Shown: positions 53,274 to 63,242, numbered from the stretch's first letter. The stretch is 64,000 nt of DNA from Patescibacteria group bacterium (GCA_038063415.1 JBBTVD010000006.1:221882-285881); one strand, 5' to 3'. Numbers and translations are program-made. The notes: a model not told the origin generated them from the letters alone.

Positions 53274-53813
53274 ATGTGGAAATTCTTCTTTAGCCTTTCT
53301 TTTCTCTGTTTCCTTGCTTCTCTGCTTCTCGTTACCCAAGTACTTGCTGCAAATCCTCAATCCTGGACATGGCATAACTCCACCGTACAAGCATTGATCA
53401 AGGCAATCACTCCTACCCCTACTGCGCGAGTCTTAGGCGTCCAAACACCGAAAAAAGTTCCAACGACTGATCACTCATTATTTCTCGCAGAAATTAATGC
53501 CTATCGGGCAAAATATAACTTAACTCCTGTCCAAGCAAGTAACCAAACCTGTGCTTTTGCTAAGACACGAGCACAAGAAATTGTCAGTGATTTTTCTCAC
53601 AGAGGATTTCGAAGCAGGATAAATGCCAAAACGCTTCCCTATACACAATGGTCATCAGCGACCGAGAATATCGCTATGACAACAAAATCTGAAGAAGTAG
53701 TAAGCCTCTGGATCAATTCTCCTGCTCATGCAGCAAATATGAGGAAGGATACCCCTTTTGTCTGTGTACAAAAATATGGAGACAATTATGCGTATGAGGG
53801 GATGAAGCTGTAA
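53274..53813 (+). CDS. Secreted CAP/SCP/PR1-like domain protein
   Basis: Signal peptide, then NAYRAKYNLTPVQ...CAFAKTRAQEI...HRGF...ENIAM...WINSPAHAANM (CAP signature segments). Confidence 0.75.
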   Translation: MWKFFFSLSFLCFLASLLLVTQVLAANPQSWTWHNSTVQALIKAITPTPTARVLGVQTPKKVPTTDHSLFLAEINAYRAKYNLTPVQASNQTCAFAKTRAQEIVSDFSHRGFRSRINAKTLPYTQWSSATENIAMTTKSEEVVSLWINSPAHAANMRKDTPFVCVQKYGDNYAYEGMKL

Positions 53814-53932
53814 GAGAATTAATTTCCATTTGACAAGTACTATTTCTCATTTTATATTTGACTAACTAAGAACGACAACGCGACAGCTGTCTTTAAGGAG
53901 AAAATGGAAGACGAAAAATGGAAAATAAAGTA

Positions 53933-55075
53933 TTAATAGTTTTCCCCAGCATTGGTAATGAGGATATCATGAGGATGACTCTCGGTAAGTGATGCCTGGG
54001 TTATTTGCATAAACTTTGCTTTCTCCCATAATTCAGTAATAGTCTTTGTCCCAAGATAATACATGCCTGATTTAATCCCGCCAATGGCCTGATCAACAAG
54101 ATCCGATACGCTTCCTTTTACGGGGACATATCCTTCAACGCCTTCTGCAACCAAGACGCGGTCTTTATAACTCTTGCCATGATATTCATCTTCAGATTTT
54201 ATCTTTGCCCCTTGCTCCATAGCACCTTGAGAACCCATGCCACGATAGGTCTTGAATTGATACATCTCCACATCAGGTCGTAAAATACTCTTGAATCGAT
54301 GCGGTACTTGCTCCCTGGGCAATTCGACAACCTCACCAGCTGATTCGCGAGTACTTGCAAAATAGCCACCCATCATTACGTTTGAGGCACCAGCTGCAAG
54401 AGCTTTGACCATATCTCCTGAATATTTGATAGCTCCATCAGCAATAACCGGAACACCATGCCGCTTTCCAGCCTTTGCTGCTTCAAGAATAGCGGTCAGC
54501 TGCGGGACACCCATCCCGGAAATAATCCGTGTCGTACAAATAGCTCCTCCTCCCATCCCCACCCGAATACCATCAGCACCAGCTGCAATCATCGCTTGTG
54601 CGCCTGCTTCAGTCGCCACATTGCCACCAACTACTTCCATCTGTGGATATGTCTTTTTGATAAATCTGATTGCTTCAATAATCCCTGTCGCAAATCCATG
54701 GGCTGAATCGACAAGCAAAACCGATACTCCTGCCTTTATAAGTGCTGCAACTCGATCTTCAAATCCTTTGCTTGCACCAACGGCAGCCCCGACCAAGAGC
54801 TTTTTATCGCTGACTTTTTTGACTTGATCTGCCTGATCGTCAATGGCGAGATTACGATGCAAAATACCAATACCACCTATTTCGGCAAGGGCGATAGCCA
54901 GATTTGCTTCAGTGACGGTATCCATGGGAGAGGAAACGAGTGGGATCTTGAGGGTTATCTTTTTGGTCAGTTGAGTGGAGAGATTAATATCCTGACGCTT
55001 AAAATCAGCATAATCTGGGATAAGCAGTACGTCATCAAAGCTGAGACCGAGGGGGGGAATATTTTTAGCGTCCAT
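53933..55075 (-). CDS. guaB: IMP dehydrogenase family enzyme without a CBS subdomain (IMPDH/GMP-reductase-like)
   Basis: TIM-barrel IMPDH motifs: catalytic GGGAICTTR, GIGILHRN, VLLVDSAHGF and the flap YRGMGS. 380 aa, with no CBS pair. Confidence 0.72.
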   Translation of the reverse strand: MDAKNIPPLGLSFDDVLLIPDYADFKRQDINLSTQLTKKITLKIPLVSSPMDTVTEANLAIALAEIGGIGILHRNLAIDDQADQVKKVSDKKLLVGAAVGASKGFEDRVAALIKAGVSVLLVDSAHGFATGIIEAIRFIKKTYPQMEVVGGNVATEAGAQAMIAAGADGIRVGMGGGAICTTRIISGMGVPQLTAILEAAKAGKRHGVPVIADGAIKYSGDMVKALAAGASNVMMGGYFASTRESAGEVVELPREQVPHRFKSILRPDVEMYQFKTYRGMGSQGAMEQGAKIKSEDEYHGKSYKDRVLVAEGVEGYVPVKGSVSDLVDQAIGGIKSGMYYLGTKTITELWEKAKFMQITQASLTESHPHDILITNAGENY

Positions 55076-55112
55076 AATGCATATTATACTACATTAGGAA
55101 TTCTGTCAAGCA

Positions 55113-55583
55113 TTAACGCTTTGGAGATTGTTTTTCGCGTCGTGCTTTACCACCGGTTCCAACATTTCGTCGTTGGCGAACGCGAGCGTCCCGAGTAAGA
55201 AATCCTTTTTTCTTAAGAATTGGACGGAATTGCTCCCGATCAACTTTATTTAATGCATTAGAAATTGCTGCGATAACTGCATCGAGTTGCCCAGCAGTAC
55301 CACCACCGGTTACACGAATAGTAAAAGCGTAATGCTTCTGGTGCGCATTGGTTATACGGATAGGTTCTGTATAGAGTTGGCGTTCGCGCTCACTTGGGAA
55401 ATATTCTGCGATAAGTTTTCCATTAACGAGGATATCTCCTTTGCCAACAGGAGTCTCTCCCCATGCCAAGTCAGCAGGGACTGTTTGATAGAGCCTTGCT
55501 CGAGCAGAAGCTTCTTTGCGTCTTCCAACGGCAAAGATATAGTCTCTCTTTTGTTTTTTTGATGGTATTGTTTTGTCTGCCAT
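55113..55583 (-). CDS. rpsI: 30S ribosomal protein S9
   Basis: YFAVGRRKEASARARL...GGGTAGQLDAVIAAISNAL...RRNVGTGGKARR. Confidence 0.95.
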   Translation of the reverse strand: MADKTIPSKKQKRDYIFAVGRRKEASARARLYQTVPADLAWGETPVGKGDILVNGKLIAEYFPSERERQLYTEPIRITNAHQKHYAFTIRVTGGGTAGQLDAVIAAISNALNKVDREQFRPILKKKGFLTRDARVRQRRNVGTGGKARREKQSPKR

Positions 55584-55598
55584 AGATTTATATAAGCA

Positions 55599-56033
55599 TT
55601 ACGATTTAAGTGCTAATTTATCTTGATATTTGTGCTCTTCTCCTTCAAAAACAAACAGTCTCTTGAGTAATCGATCTCGCAATTTGTTTTGTGGCAGCAT
55701 GCCTTTAACTGCATGCGTAATGATTTCAGCTGGTTTTCGTATGCGTAACTCTTTTAGGGTTTCTACTTTAAAACCACCTGGATAGCCAGAATGACGATAA
55801 TATTTCTTTTGTTCTTCTTTGTTACCGGTTACGGCAACATCTTTCGCATTTATGATAACCACATAGTCACCACAGTCAAGATTTCGAACAAAGTATGACT
55901 TACTTTTACCCATTAAGAGATGTGCAATTTCAGTTGAGATTCTCCCAAGTGGCTTATCTTTCACATCAATGAGATGCCATGCCCGCTTAATATCTGCTGC
56001 TTTTGTCGGTTGTGTTGCTACTGTATAATTCAT
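55599..56033 (-). CDS. rplM: 50S ribosomal protein L13
   Basis: KRAWHLIDVKDKPLGRISTEIAHLLMGK... Confidence 0.95.
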   Translation of the reverse strand: MNYTVATQPTKAADIKRAWHLIDVKDKPLGRISTEIAHLLMGKSKSYFVRNLDCGDYVVIINAKDVAVTGNKEEQKKYYRHSGYPGGFKVETLKELRIRKPAEIITHAVKGMLPQNKLRDRLLKRLFVFEGEEHKYQDKLALKS

Positions 56034-56038
56034 ATTTT

Positions 56039-56563
56039 TTAGAGACCACTCCTTACTCTACTTCGAGCTTGCTTTTGTACTGCTTCTTTCCCTGCTTTTG
56101 CTTCTTTTTTCGCAGTCAATTTTACTTGTGATGGAACATCTTTCTTCTCAACCTTTTCTTCTTTTGTTTCTTTGGTTGCCTTTACCTTAGTACTTGCTGT
56201 TTGTTTGACAGTTTTTTCAGTCCATTCAAGATAGACCATTGGCGCATTATCTGCAACTCGGTGACTATCTCTGATAATGCGAGTGTAGCCACCTTGGCGA
56301 TTAGTAAAGAGTGGCGCAAGTGATTCAATTAGCTTCGTTACTGCTGGCTGGTTTACTTTGGGATGTAATGCTCGAGTAGCACTTGTTCCACCCTTTTTTG
56401 CCTTGGTGATCAGATTATCTGCTGCGCCTTTAATAGCCTTTGCTTTGGCTTCTGTTGTTCTGATTCGTTCGTGCAAGACAAGAGAAGTCAGCAAGTTCTT
56501 AAATAACGCTTTTCTCTCATTTGCATCTCTCTTAAATTGTCTTCCAAAAACATTTTTCTTCAT
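56039..56563 (-). CDS. rplQ: 50S ribosomal protein L17 with a Lys/Glu/Ala-rich C-terminal extension
   Basis: FGRQFKRDANERKALFKNLLTSLVLHERIRTTEAKAKAI...GGYTRII, followed by a ~60-aa KEA-rich tail. Confidence 0.9.
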   Translation of the reverse strand: MKKNVFGRQFKRDANERKALFKNLLTSLVLHERIRTTEAKAKAIKGAADNLITKAKKGGTSATRALHPKVNQPAVTKLIESLAPLFTNRQGGYTRIIRDSHRVADNAPMVYLEWTEKTVKQTASTKVKATKETKEEKVEKKDVPSQVKLTAKKEAKAGKEAVQKQARSRVRSGL

Positions 56564-56570
56564 AAACCAA

Positions 56571-56697
56571 AAAAAATCGAATCTCGAAAAACGAAACTCG
56601 AAACAATGAAAAATACAAACTTTCGAAACTCAAAACATTACTTTAGCATTTTGAACGTTCGAATTTGTTTCGGATTTCGAATTTCGATATTCGAATT
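56571..56697. repeat. AT-rich palindromic array of degenerate TCGAAAC / GTTTCGA heptamers (about 9 units) between rpoA and rplQ
   Basis: Left arm aaatcgaatctcgaaaaacgaaactcgaaac. The reverse complement of the right arm is aaattcgaatatcgaaattcgaaatccgaaac. TTCGAA-type cores recur every 7-9 nt. Confidence 0.5.
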
Positions 56698-56704
56698 TAG
56701 GTCC

Positions 56705-57631
56705 TTATATATTTAAACTAACACCTTTTTCTTGCAGTTTCTCTTCAATAATTGAGATTGACTTACCACCCATATTTCTCATTGAAATGAGTTCTTTTCG
56801 TGGGGTAGCAAGAAGCTGCTCGATGTTTTCAATGCCACCATTTCTCAAACTATTATAGATTCTTGTTGGAAGATCAAGTTCATCAATCGTCATCTGTAAG
56901 ACTGCTTGTGAGATAGACGCAGTTGCTGCTGGAACTTCGTCAGTCGTTTCGACTGCTGATGGTTCATAAATCTGTCGGAAAGAATTCGTTAAGATCTTTG
57001 CTGCTTGATTAAGACTTTCTCGAGGTGAAACAGTCCCGTTTGTCCAAATCTTAAGTACTAGTTTATCAAGATCAGTTCGGCGACCAACGCGAGTTGAAGA
57101 AATAGTGTAGGTAACTCGGCGAACTGGAGTAAATACTGCATCAGTTGTCATAGAACCAAGCTCTTCACCCTTTCGCTCTTCAGCAAGTGAATAACCATAT
57201 CCTTTTTCAACGACGAGTTCCATCTCAAACTTTGACTTTTCCCCTGAGAGAGAACCAATGTAGTGATCTTTGTTTAAGATTTCAACACCATCTGGTAATT
57301 GCAAATCTGCTGCGGTAATTTCCTTTGTTCCTTTTACAGAAACTTTCACGATGACACTCTCTTTGCCATCTGCCAACTTAAAGTTAAGTTCTTTAATGTT
57401 AAGCAGTAAATCAATAATATTTTCTTTGAGACCTTGCAGTGTTGAGAATTTGTGTTTGACACCAGCAATCTTTACTGAGGTAACAGCTGATCCTGGGATA
57501 GATCCGTAGAGTACTCGTCGGATAGCATTTCCAAGAGTGTGTCCGTAACCTGATTCAAGTGGTTCAAGGACGAACTCACCAAAGTCTGGTGACGCGGTTA
57601 CTTCTTTGACTGTAAAGTGTAAATCTTGCAT
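56705..57631 (-). CDS. rpoA: DNA-directed RNA polymerase subunit alpha
   Basis: N-terminal dimerisation domain and C-terminal alpha-CTD (IDELDLPTRIYNSLRNGGIENIEQLL); 308 aa. Confidence 0.95.
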   Translation of the reverse strand: MQDLHFTVKEVTASPDFGEFVLEPLESGYGHTLGNAIRRVLYGSIPGSAVTSVKIAGVKHKFSTLQGLKENIIDLLLNIKELNFKLADGKESVIVKVSVKGTKEITAADLQLPDGVEILNKDHYIGSLSGEKSKFEMELVVEKGYGYSLAEERKGEELGSMTTDAVFTPVRRVTYTISSTRVGRRTDLDKLVLKIWTNGTVSPRESLNQAAKILTNSFRQIYEPSAVETTDEVPAATASISQAVLQMTIDELDLPTRIYNSLRNGGIENIEQLLATPRKELISMRNMGGKSISIIEEKLQEKGVSLNI

Positions 57632-57649
57632 AAGATGTATATTATATCA

Positions 57650-58252
57650 CTATCTTGAATAATATTCAATGATCATTCTTGTATTAAAAGGTGCCTGGAT
57701 ATCTGCTGCTTTTGGCATACGAGCAAACTTTCCTACAGGTCCTTTCTTATCCAAAAATGCTGCGATTTCCTTTATTTCGACAAGTTCTTTTGCAACATCT
57801 GGATTCTTTTGCATTGCTGCATCAATGGTAATAACATCACCTTCATTAACGACGTATGAAGGAATACTCATTTTTTTATCATTTACCATAACATGTCCAT
57901 GAGAAACCATTTGCCTTGCCATCATACGAGATTTTGCAAAACCTAATCGATACACAACATTGTCGAGTCTTCTTTCCAAGAATGCTAAGAGTAATTCTTC
58001 GGTATCTCCTTGCTGTGCTCGGGCGGTATTCACCAATTTTTTGAATTGCTTCTCGTACAAACCATACATTACCTTTGCTTTTTGTTTTTCACGAAGCTGT
58101 AATCCAAATTCAGATGGACGACGCTTTCCTTTACGTGCATGTACGCCTGGTGGGACATTGAGTCTTCGTAGAAGACTTGCAGATGTTTTTTCAAGAAGAT
58201 TAACTCCTTCACGTCTAGCAAGTCTATGTTTTGGTCCAGTATATCTTCCCAT
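57650..58252 (-). CDS. rpsD: 30S ribosomal protein S4
   Basis: MGRYTGPKHRLARREGVNL..., S4 domain. Confidence 0.95.
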   Translation of the reverse strand: MGRYTGPKHRLARREGVNLLEKTSASLLRRLNVPPGVHARKGKRRPSEFGLQLREKQKAKVMYGLYEKQFKKLVNTARAQQGDTEELLLAFLERRLDNVVYRLGFAKSRMMARQMVSHGHVMVNDKKMSIPSYVVNEGDVITIDAAMQKNPDVAKELVEIKEIAAFLDKKGPVGKFARMPKAADIQAPFNTRMIIEYYSR

Positions 58253-58659
58253 TACACTCTCCTCCTGTTCTTTGGTCGAGGTCCATTATGTGGCATCGGG
58301 GTAATATCTGCAATAGAAAGAATTGATGCACCTGCGCTTTTAATACCACGAAGGGATGAGTCACGACCTGCTCCAGGTCCTTTGACAAAAACATCAACTG
58401 TTTTAAGTCCTTTAGCAACGATTTGCTTCACAATATCCTCAACAGCCATACTTGCTGCATACGGGGTTGATTTTCGTGTTCCTTTAAATCCTTTAGCACC
58501 AGATGAACTCCAACCAAGTGTATCACCTTTATCATTGGTAACGGTGACCAACGTATTATTAAAGGTAGAAGTAATATATACACGTCCGTGATCAGTCACA
58601 TCTGCTGCATTTTTCTTCTTTGTTTTCTTTACTGCTGTTTTTTTCGTTATTTTTGCCAT
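58252..58659 (-). CDS. rpsK: 30S ribosomal protein S11
   Basis: GRVYITSTFNNTLVTVTNDKGDTLGWSSSG...KGTRKSTPYAA... Confidence 0.95.
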   Translation of the reverse strand: MAKITKKTAVKKTKKKNAADVTDHGRVYITSTFNNTLVTVTNDKGDTLGWSSSGAKGFKGTRKSTPYAASMAVEDIVKQIVAKGLKTVDVFVKGPGAGRDSSLRGIKSAGASILSIADITPMPHNGPRPKNRRRV

Positions 58660-58672
58660 AGGTTATTTATAG

Positions 58673-59080
58673 TTACTTTCCTTTTGCTTTTTGAGCTGCT
58701 TCCATCTTTGCCATCACTTCTTTTTTGATAGCTCCGATAGTAACACGCTTACCTCGCTTGGTACGAGCATTTGACCTAGTTCTCTGACCACGACTTGGTA
58801 ACCCTCGTGTATGCCTAAGACCACGATAACTTCCGATATCTCGCAATCGTCGGACATTGGATGCAACATCTGCTTTGAGATCTCCTTCAACTTTATATGC
58901 TTCAAGAACCTTTGTGATACGCTTTACTTCGTCTTCAGTTAATGTCTTCGTACGCTTGGCTGGGTCAATCTCAGCTTTCTCAAGAACTGGAATAACATTT
59001 TTTCTTCCAATGCCATAAATATAGCTTAGTGCTATATCAATTCTCTTTTCATCTGGTATATTTACTCCAACAATACGCAT
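58673..59080 (-). CDS. rpsM: 30S ribosomal protein S13
   Basis: MRIVGVNIPDEKRIDIALSYIYGIG... Confidence 0.95.
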   Translation of the reverse strand: MRIVGVNIPDEKRIDIALSYIYGIGRKNVIPVLEKAEIDPAKRTKTLTEDEVKRITKVLEAYKVEGDLKADVASNVRRLRDIGSYRGLRHTRGLPSRGQRTRSNARTKRGKRVTIGAIKKEVMAKMEAAQKAKGK

Positions 59081-59088
59081 ATCAATTT

Positions 59089-59202
59089 TTATCCCTGTCT
59101 TTGTTTATGACGAGGGTTCTCGCACGTCACTCGCACCACGCCACGGCGGCGGATAATTTTACATTTAAGGCATCGCTTTTTAACACTTGCTTGTACTTTC
59201 AT
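59089..59202 (-). CDS. rpmJ: 50S ribosomal protein L36 (37 aa). It is not in the ORF track because it is below the size cut-off.
   Basis: Hand translation of the minus strand gives [37 protein letters not shown], with the classic Cx2Cx12Cx4H zinc ribbon. Confidence 0.85.
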   Translation of the reverse strand: MKVQASVKKRCLKCKIIRRRGVVRVTCENPRHKQRQG

Positions 59203-59204
59203 AG

Positions 59205-59423
59205 TTACTTATATCGATAGATAATTCGGCCTCGAGCAACATCATAAGGTGTCATTTCAATACGAACCTTATCTCCAGGAAGAATTTTGATAAAATTCAC
59301 ACGCATTTTCCCGGAAAGATGACAAAGGACTAATGATCCATCAGAAAGCTCCACCCGAAAGAGCGTGTTGGGCAGCGCCGCTCTAACGACACCATCTTTT
59401 TCAAATGCTCCTTGGTGAGCCAT
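59205..59423 (-). CDS. infA: Translation initiation factor IF-1
   Basis: [31 protein letters not shown]...[26 protein letters not shown]. Confidence 0.95.
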   Translation of the reverse strand: MAHQGAFEKDGVVRAALPNTLFRVELSDGSLVLCHLSGKMRVNFIKILPGDKVRIEMTPYDVARGRIIYRYK

Positions 59424-59485
59424 TGGAGCATTATAGCAAAGCTAGCCTACATTTTCAATGCCGATTTAATCGGATTAAAAATCAG

Positions 59486-60259
59486 CTAGGTTAATAGCAT
59501 AGTTCCCTGCTTAGTTATGGCAATGGTACGCTCAAAAAGCCCGGCAAGACTAGCATCTTCACTTCGAATTGTCCACCCATCGTGGTCAAGAACGACTTCT
59601 GCTCCACCCATATTGTAAATCACTTCAACAGCAATTGTCATCCCCTCCCGTAACAGGGGAGTATTTTCAATTTTGCCAACGAGATATCCTGGAACTTCAG
59701 GCGCTTCATGCAGCTCTCGTCCCACACCATGGCCAATCAGACTTCGTACAATTGAATAGCCACCTTTTTTTTGGACAATATCTTGAATGGTCTTTGAGAT
59801 ATCTCCAATATGATTACCAATAGTAGCCACCTTTATTGCTTCATCCAAGGCCTGCTTGCCAAGATTGAGAAACTTGACGGAACTTTCTGCTGGAATAAAG
59901 CCTTCATCTGGCACGATGGTGGACTCGGACATATCGGTATGGAATCCTTTATAGTAAACACCACAGTCAATTCCAACGATGTCCCCAGGCTTAAAAGCAT
60001 AATTCCCCGGGATACCATGAACAACGACATCATTGGTTGAGATACAGATAGTATAGGTGTAGCCTTCTACCCGCTTGAACCCGGGTTCGCCTCCTTGTGC
60101 ACGGATCAATTTCTCAGCTAATTGATCAATTGCAAGCTCTGTGACACCTGGTTTTACCGCGGCAATAAGCTGTCCCATGACATTTGCTAAAATCTTTCCC
60201 CCATGATGCATGATAGCTACTTGCTCTGGTGTTTTAATAGCAATTTTTTCTCTTTTCAT
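59486..60259 (-). CDS. map: Methionine aminopeptidase, type I
   Basis: Pita-bread fold motifs (IKTPEQVAIMHHGGKIL; HGIPG; GHGVGRELHEAP). Start set at MKREKIAIKTPEQ (60259), 1 nt after the cmk stop. ORF-track start is 60331. Confidence 0.88.
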   Translation of the reverse strand: MKREKIAIKTPEQVAIMHHGGKILANVMGQLIAAVKPGVTELAIDQLAEKLIRAQGGEPGFKRVEGYTYTICISTNDVVVHGIPGNYAFKPGDIVGIDCGVYYKGFHTDMSESTIVPDEGFIPAESSVKFLNLGKQALDEAIKVATIGNHIGDISKTIQDIVQKKGGYSIVRSLIGHGVGRELHEAPEVPGYLVGKIENTPLLREGMTIAVEVIYNMGGAEVVLDHDGWTIRSEDASLAGLFERTIAITKQGTMLLT

Positions 60260-60260
60260 A

Positions 60261-60944
60261 TTAGTTTCTTTTCCTCCATTCAACGATAATACTTTCGACT
60301 GTTTGTTCTTCTGATAAGGTTGAATCATCAATTATAACATACCCTGCTGCAACTGGATCACTTACCAACGGATCTGTCTCTCGATGTTGATCACGATAAT
60401 CCCGTTCTTTAATATCTATAATCAACGCATCCAGCGAAACTGGCTCTCCTTGTGCTTGTAATTGAGCAAGCCGACGTTTTGCCCGAACTTCCTGACTTGC
60501 AGTAAGGAATATCTTGAGCGTTGCCTGCGGGAAAACAATGGTTCCCACGTCCCTTCCTTCAGCAATGACAATATGCCCTTGTGTTATTTGCTCATTACCA
60601 ATCCGCTGTTGCTCGGCCACCATATAGGAACGAACCTCCTTTATCGCCGCGACGACTGAGGAACCTTTGGCAGGCTCTGGTGCAGTGATGAGTTCTGTGA
60701 CGTCTTCGTCATGCAGAAAAACATGATTTCCCACAAATGTAACCGTAACGTCAGGGAGTGTCTCAATAACAGCTGCAGTATCATGCAGGTCAATTCCTTT
60801 CCGCAGACAAACTAAAGCAAGGCTCCGATACATAGATCCTGTATACAGATAGAATCCTCCAAGTCCTTTTGCGAGCAATCGTGCAATGGTTCCCTTACCT
60901 GCTGCCACAGGACCATCGATCGCAATAATGCCTCCCTTTATCAT
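60261..60944 (-). CDS. cmk: Cytidylate kinase, embedded in the ribosomal/secY operon
   Basis: IIAIDGPVAAGKGTIARLLAKGLGGFYLYTGSMYR (P-loop plus the Cmk N-terminal signature). Confidence 0.85.
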   Translation of the reverse strand: MIKGGIIAIDGPVAAGKGTIARLLAKGLGGFYLYTGSMYRSLALVCLRKGIDLHDTAAVIETLPDVTVTFVGNHVFLHDEDVTELITAPEPAKGSSVVAAIKEVRSYMVAEQQRIGNEQITQGHIVIAEGRDVGTIVFPQATLKIFLTASQEVRAKRRLAQLQAQGEPVSLDALIIDIKERDYRDQHRETDPLVSDPVAAGYVIIDDSTLSEEQTVESIIVEWRKRN

Positions 60945-60946
60945 GA

Positions 60947-61492
60947 TTATTTCTTCTTCGCAATTTTCTTGAGTATTTCAGCATGAATCGTGTCAATGTC
61001 TTGTTCTCCGTCAATTTCTACTAATTGCCCTTTCTTTTTGTAATATTCAATAACTGGATCGGTAAATTCATGAAAGAGCCGAATACGTTTATGAATTGCC
61101 TTGAGTGTTTCATCCTCACGGCTTTCGTCCTCACGAAATGACAAACGCCACAGTGCTTCCTTATCCGAGACTTTTAAATACACAACCTTGTCAATCCCAT
61201 TTGCAAAGGATTCTGCCTGTGTTACTGTACGGGGGAAGCCATCAAGGATATAGCCCTTGTTGTACGTTGGACGACCGAGGTATTCTGAAACGATTTCAAG
61301 CGTCTTGTCATCAGGAATAAGATATCCAGCATTCATGGTTTCTTTGATATAGCGACCCAAAGGAGTCCTCTCTTTGGCAATGGTTCTAAAAATATGTCCT
61401 GTCGAAAGATAAGAGACATCAAGTATTTTGTGTAATAGATTCCCCTGTGTTGACTTGCCTGATCCTTGAATACCAATAAGAATAAGTTTCAT
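60947..61492 (-). CDS. adk: Adenylate kinase (short form with no zinc lid)
   Basis: MKLILIGIQGSGKSTQG, and the LID/NMP regions. Start set at MKLIL (61492), 1 nt after the secY stop. Confidence 0.9.
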   Translation of the reverse strand: MKLILIGIQGSGKSTQGNLLHKILDVSYLSTGHIFRTIAKERTPLGRYIKETMNAGYLIPDDKTLEIVSEYLGRPTYNKGYILDGFPRTVTQAESFANGIDKVVYLKVSDKEALWRLSFREDESREDETLKAIHKRIRLFHEFTDPVIEYYKKKGQLVEIDGEQDIDTIHAEILKKIAKKK

Positions 61493-61493
61493 A

Positions 61494-62795
61494 TTATTTT
61501 GTTGTTGGTGTGACAAAACTTTCATAATTCCTCATTACCAACTGTGAGGAAATCGAACGGTACGTTTCAAGCACCACGCTAACGACAATCAAAATACTTG
61601 TCCCTCCAATAAGTAAACTCTGTACACCTGTCAGTGCTCGAGCAATCTCGGGTAAGATAGCAATCAAGCCCAAGAAACAGGCACCCACTAAAGTAATACG
61701 GAGAAGAATATAGGTCAAATATTTCTCCGTGGGTTTACCAGGACGAATGCCAGGGATAAAACCACCATATTTCTGAATATCTTCAGCAATCTTTTTGGGA
61801 TTAAAGACGATGGCAGTATAGAAGAAAGTGAATCCAACAACGAGTAAGAAATAGAAAACATTATAGGCAATACCTGTTGGAGCAAACCATAGGTTTATTT
61901 GTTCAGCAATGCCTCGAGCAGCAGCGTTCTGAGAGGCAAGAAGCATATTGGCAATAAGTGAAGGAAGGAGCACGAGTGACACCGCAAAAATAATTGGAAT
62001 CACTCCAGCCTGATTAAGCCTTAATGGCAGATGGGTTGTCTGGCCTCCTCCTTGGACTTTATTTCCACGAGATCGGCGTGCATAATATACCGTAATTTTT
62101 CGAGTAGCTTCATTTACCAAGATAACGCCTGCAATAACCAAAATACCGAGTGCAGTAATGCTGGCAACGTTGATAAGATTTTGTGAGTCTGTGGTCGTGA
62201 ACGTTCTTCCAAGCAGTACGGGCAGTTGCCCGACGATACCTGCAAAAATAAGTAACGAAATCCCATTACCAACACCACGCTCGCTAATCAGTTCTCCGAG
62301 CCAAACCAGGAACATTGCCCCGGCAACCAACGTCACTATAAAGGAGATAAAACCGAGTGGAGGCAAGACAGAGATAATCTCCTGACTACGAAGTAAAGCA
62401 TACATACCCATTGCTTGCAGACACGCTAGTGGAAGGGTCAAGAGGCGAGTGTACTGCATAAATTTTTTACGACCTGCCTCACTTTCTTTTTGGAGTGCTT
62501 CAAGCTTAGGGAATACCATAGTTAAAAGTTGCATAATAATTGAGGCATTAATATATGGGTTAAGACCAAGTGCCATTATCGAAAAATTGGTCAACGTACC
62601 ACCAGAAAAAATATCAAGAAGCCCGAGGAATTGATTGCCTGCAAATAAGTTACGAAGCTGGACAAGGTCGACACCTGCTACCGGAATGTGAGCAAAAAAA
62701 CGAAAGACAAAAATGATACCAAGAGTAAAGAGGATTTTTTTTCGCACCTCAGGAGATTTGAAACTATTACGAAGGGTACTAAAAATATTGTTCAT
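61494..62795 (-). CDS. secY: Preprotein translocase subunit SecY
   Basis: 10-TM SecY with conserved plug/hinge segments ([15 protein letters not shown]; [10 protein letters not shown]); 433 aa. Confidence 0.95.
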   Translation of the reverse strand: MNNIFSTLRNSFKSPEVRKKILFTLGIIFVFRFFAHIPVAGVDLVQLRNLFAGNQFLGLLDIFSGGTLTNFSIMALGLNPYINASIIMQLLTMVFPKLEALQKESEAGRKKFMQYTRLLTLPLACLQAMGMYALLRSQEIISVLPPLGFISFIVTLVAGAMFLVWLGELISERGVGNGISLLIFAGIVGQLPVLLGRTFTTTDSQNLINVASITALGILVIAGVILVNEATRKITVYYARRSRGNKVQGGGQTTHLPLRLNQAGVIPIIFAVSLVLLPSLIANMLLASQNAAARGIAEQINLWFAPTGIAYNVFYFLLVVGFTFFYTAIVFNPKKIAEDIQKYGGFIPGIRPGKPTEKYLTYILLRITLVGACFLGLIAILPEIARALTGVQSLLIGGTSILIVVSVVLETYRSISSQLVMRNYESFVTPTTK

Positions 62796-62804
62796 CTTCC
62801 CTTA

Positions 62805-63242
62805 TTATTCTACACTACCACCAGCTTGTTGTATCTTTTCTGCCGCGCTTTTTGAGACTGCAACCTTAACGGTTAAGGCAATTGAGAGGTCGCCATCACC
62901 AAGAATTTTAACACCATTTTGCTTTGCCTGAGCAGCATCAACTAAATTATGGGCTACCAAGGTCTCGATGTCTACGGTTGTTTTTGCTGGAAGTTTTGCA
63001 AGAGCACTTACATTAAGGACGACTGGAGCTGGTTTCATAGGTTTATTTTTGCCTTTACCACGAAGATATGGCATGCGTTTAATAAGTGGAAGTGCTCCTC
63101 CCTCAAAATCTAACGGGACACTTGTTCGTGCTTTTTGTCCTTTTTGGCCACGTCCGGCTGTTTTACCACGACCAGATCCATGGCCTTGACCGACACGCTT
63201 TTTACTTTTTTTGACAATACTTCCAAGTGATCCTATGTTCAT
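62805..63242 (-). CDS. rplO: 50S ribosomal protein L15
   Basis: GQGHGSGRGKTAGRGQKGQKARTSVPLDFEGGALPL... Confidence 0.9.
   Translation of the reverse strand: MNIGSLGSIVKKSKKRVGQGHGSGRGKTAGRGQKGQKARTSVPLDFEGGALPLIKRMPYLRGKGKNKPMKPAPVVLNVSALAKLPAKTTVDIETLVAHNLVDAAQAKQNGVKILGDGDLSIALTVKVAVSKSAAEKIQQAGGSVE

Noticed and set aside
53814-53932. Perfect 10-bp palindrome GACAGCTGTC between the convergent CAP-domain gene and guaB
   Set aside because: It has no loop and no flanking T/A tracts, so it is not convincing as a bidirectional terminator. It could be a protein-binding site, but nothing corroborates that.
56571-56697. CRISPR array or iteron-type origin for the TTCGAA heptamer array
   Set aside because: The units are 7-9 nt with no intervening unique spacers. 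The two halves are reverse complements, which makes this a palindrome rather than direct repeats. It is intercistronic within a ribosomal operon, not near replication or cas genes.
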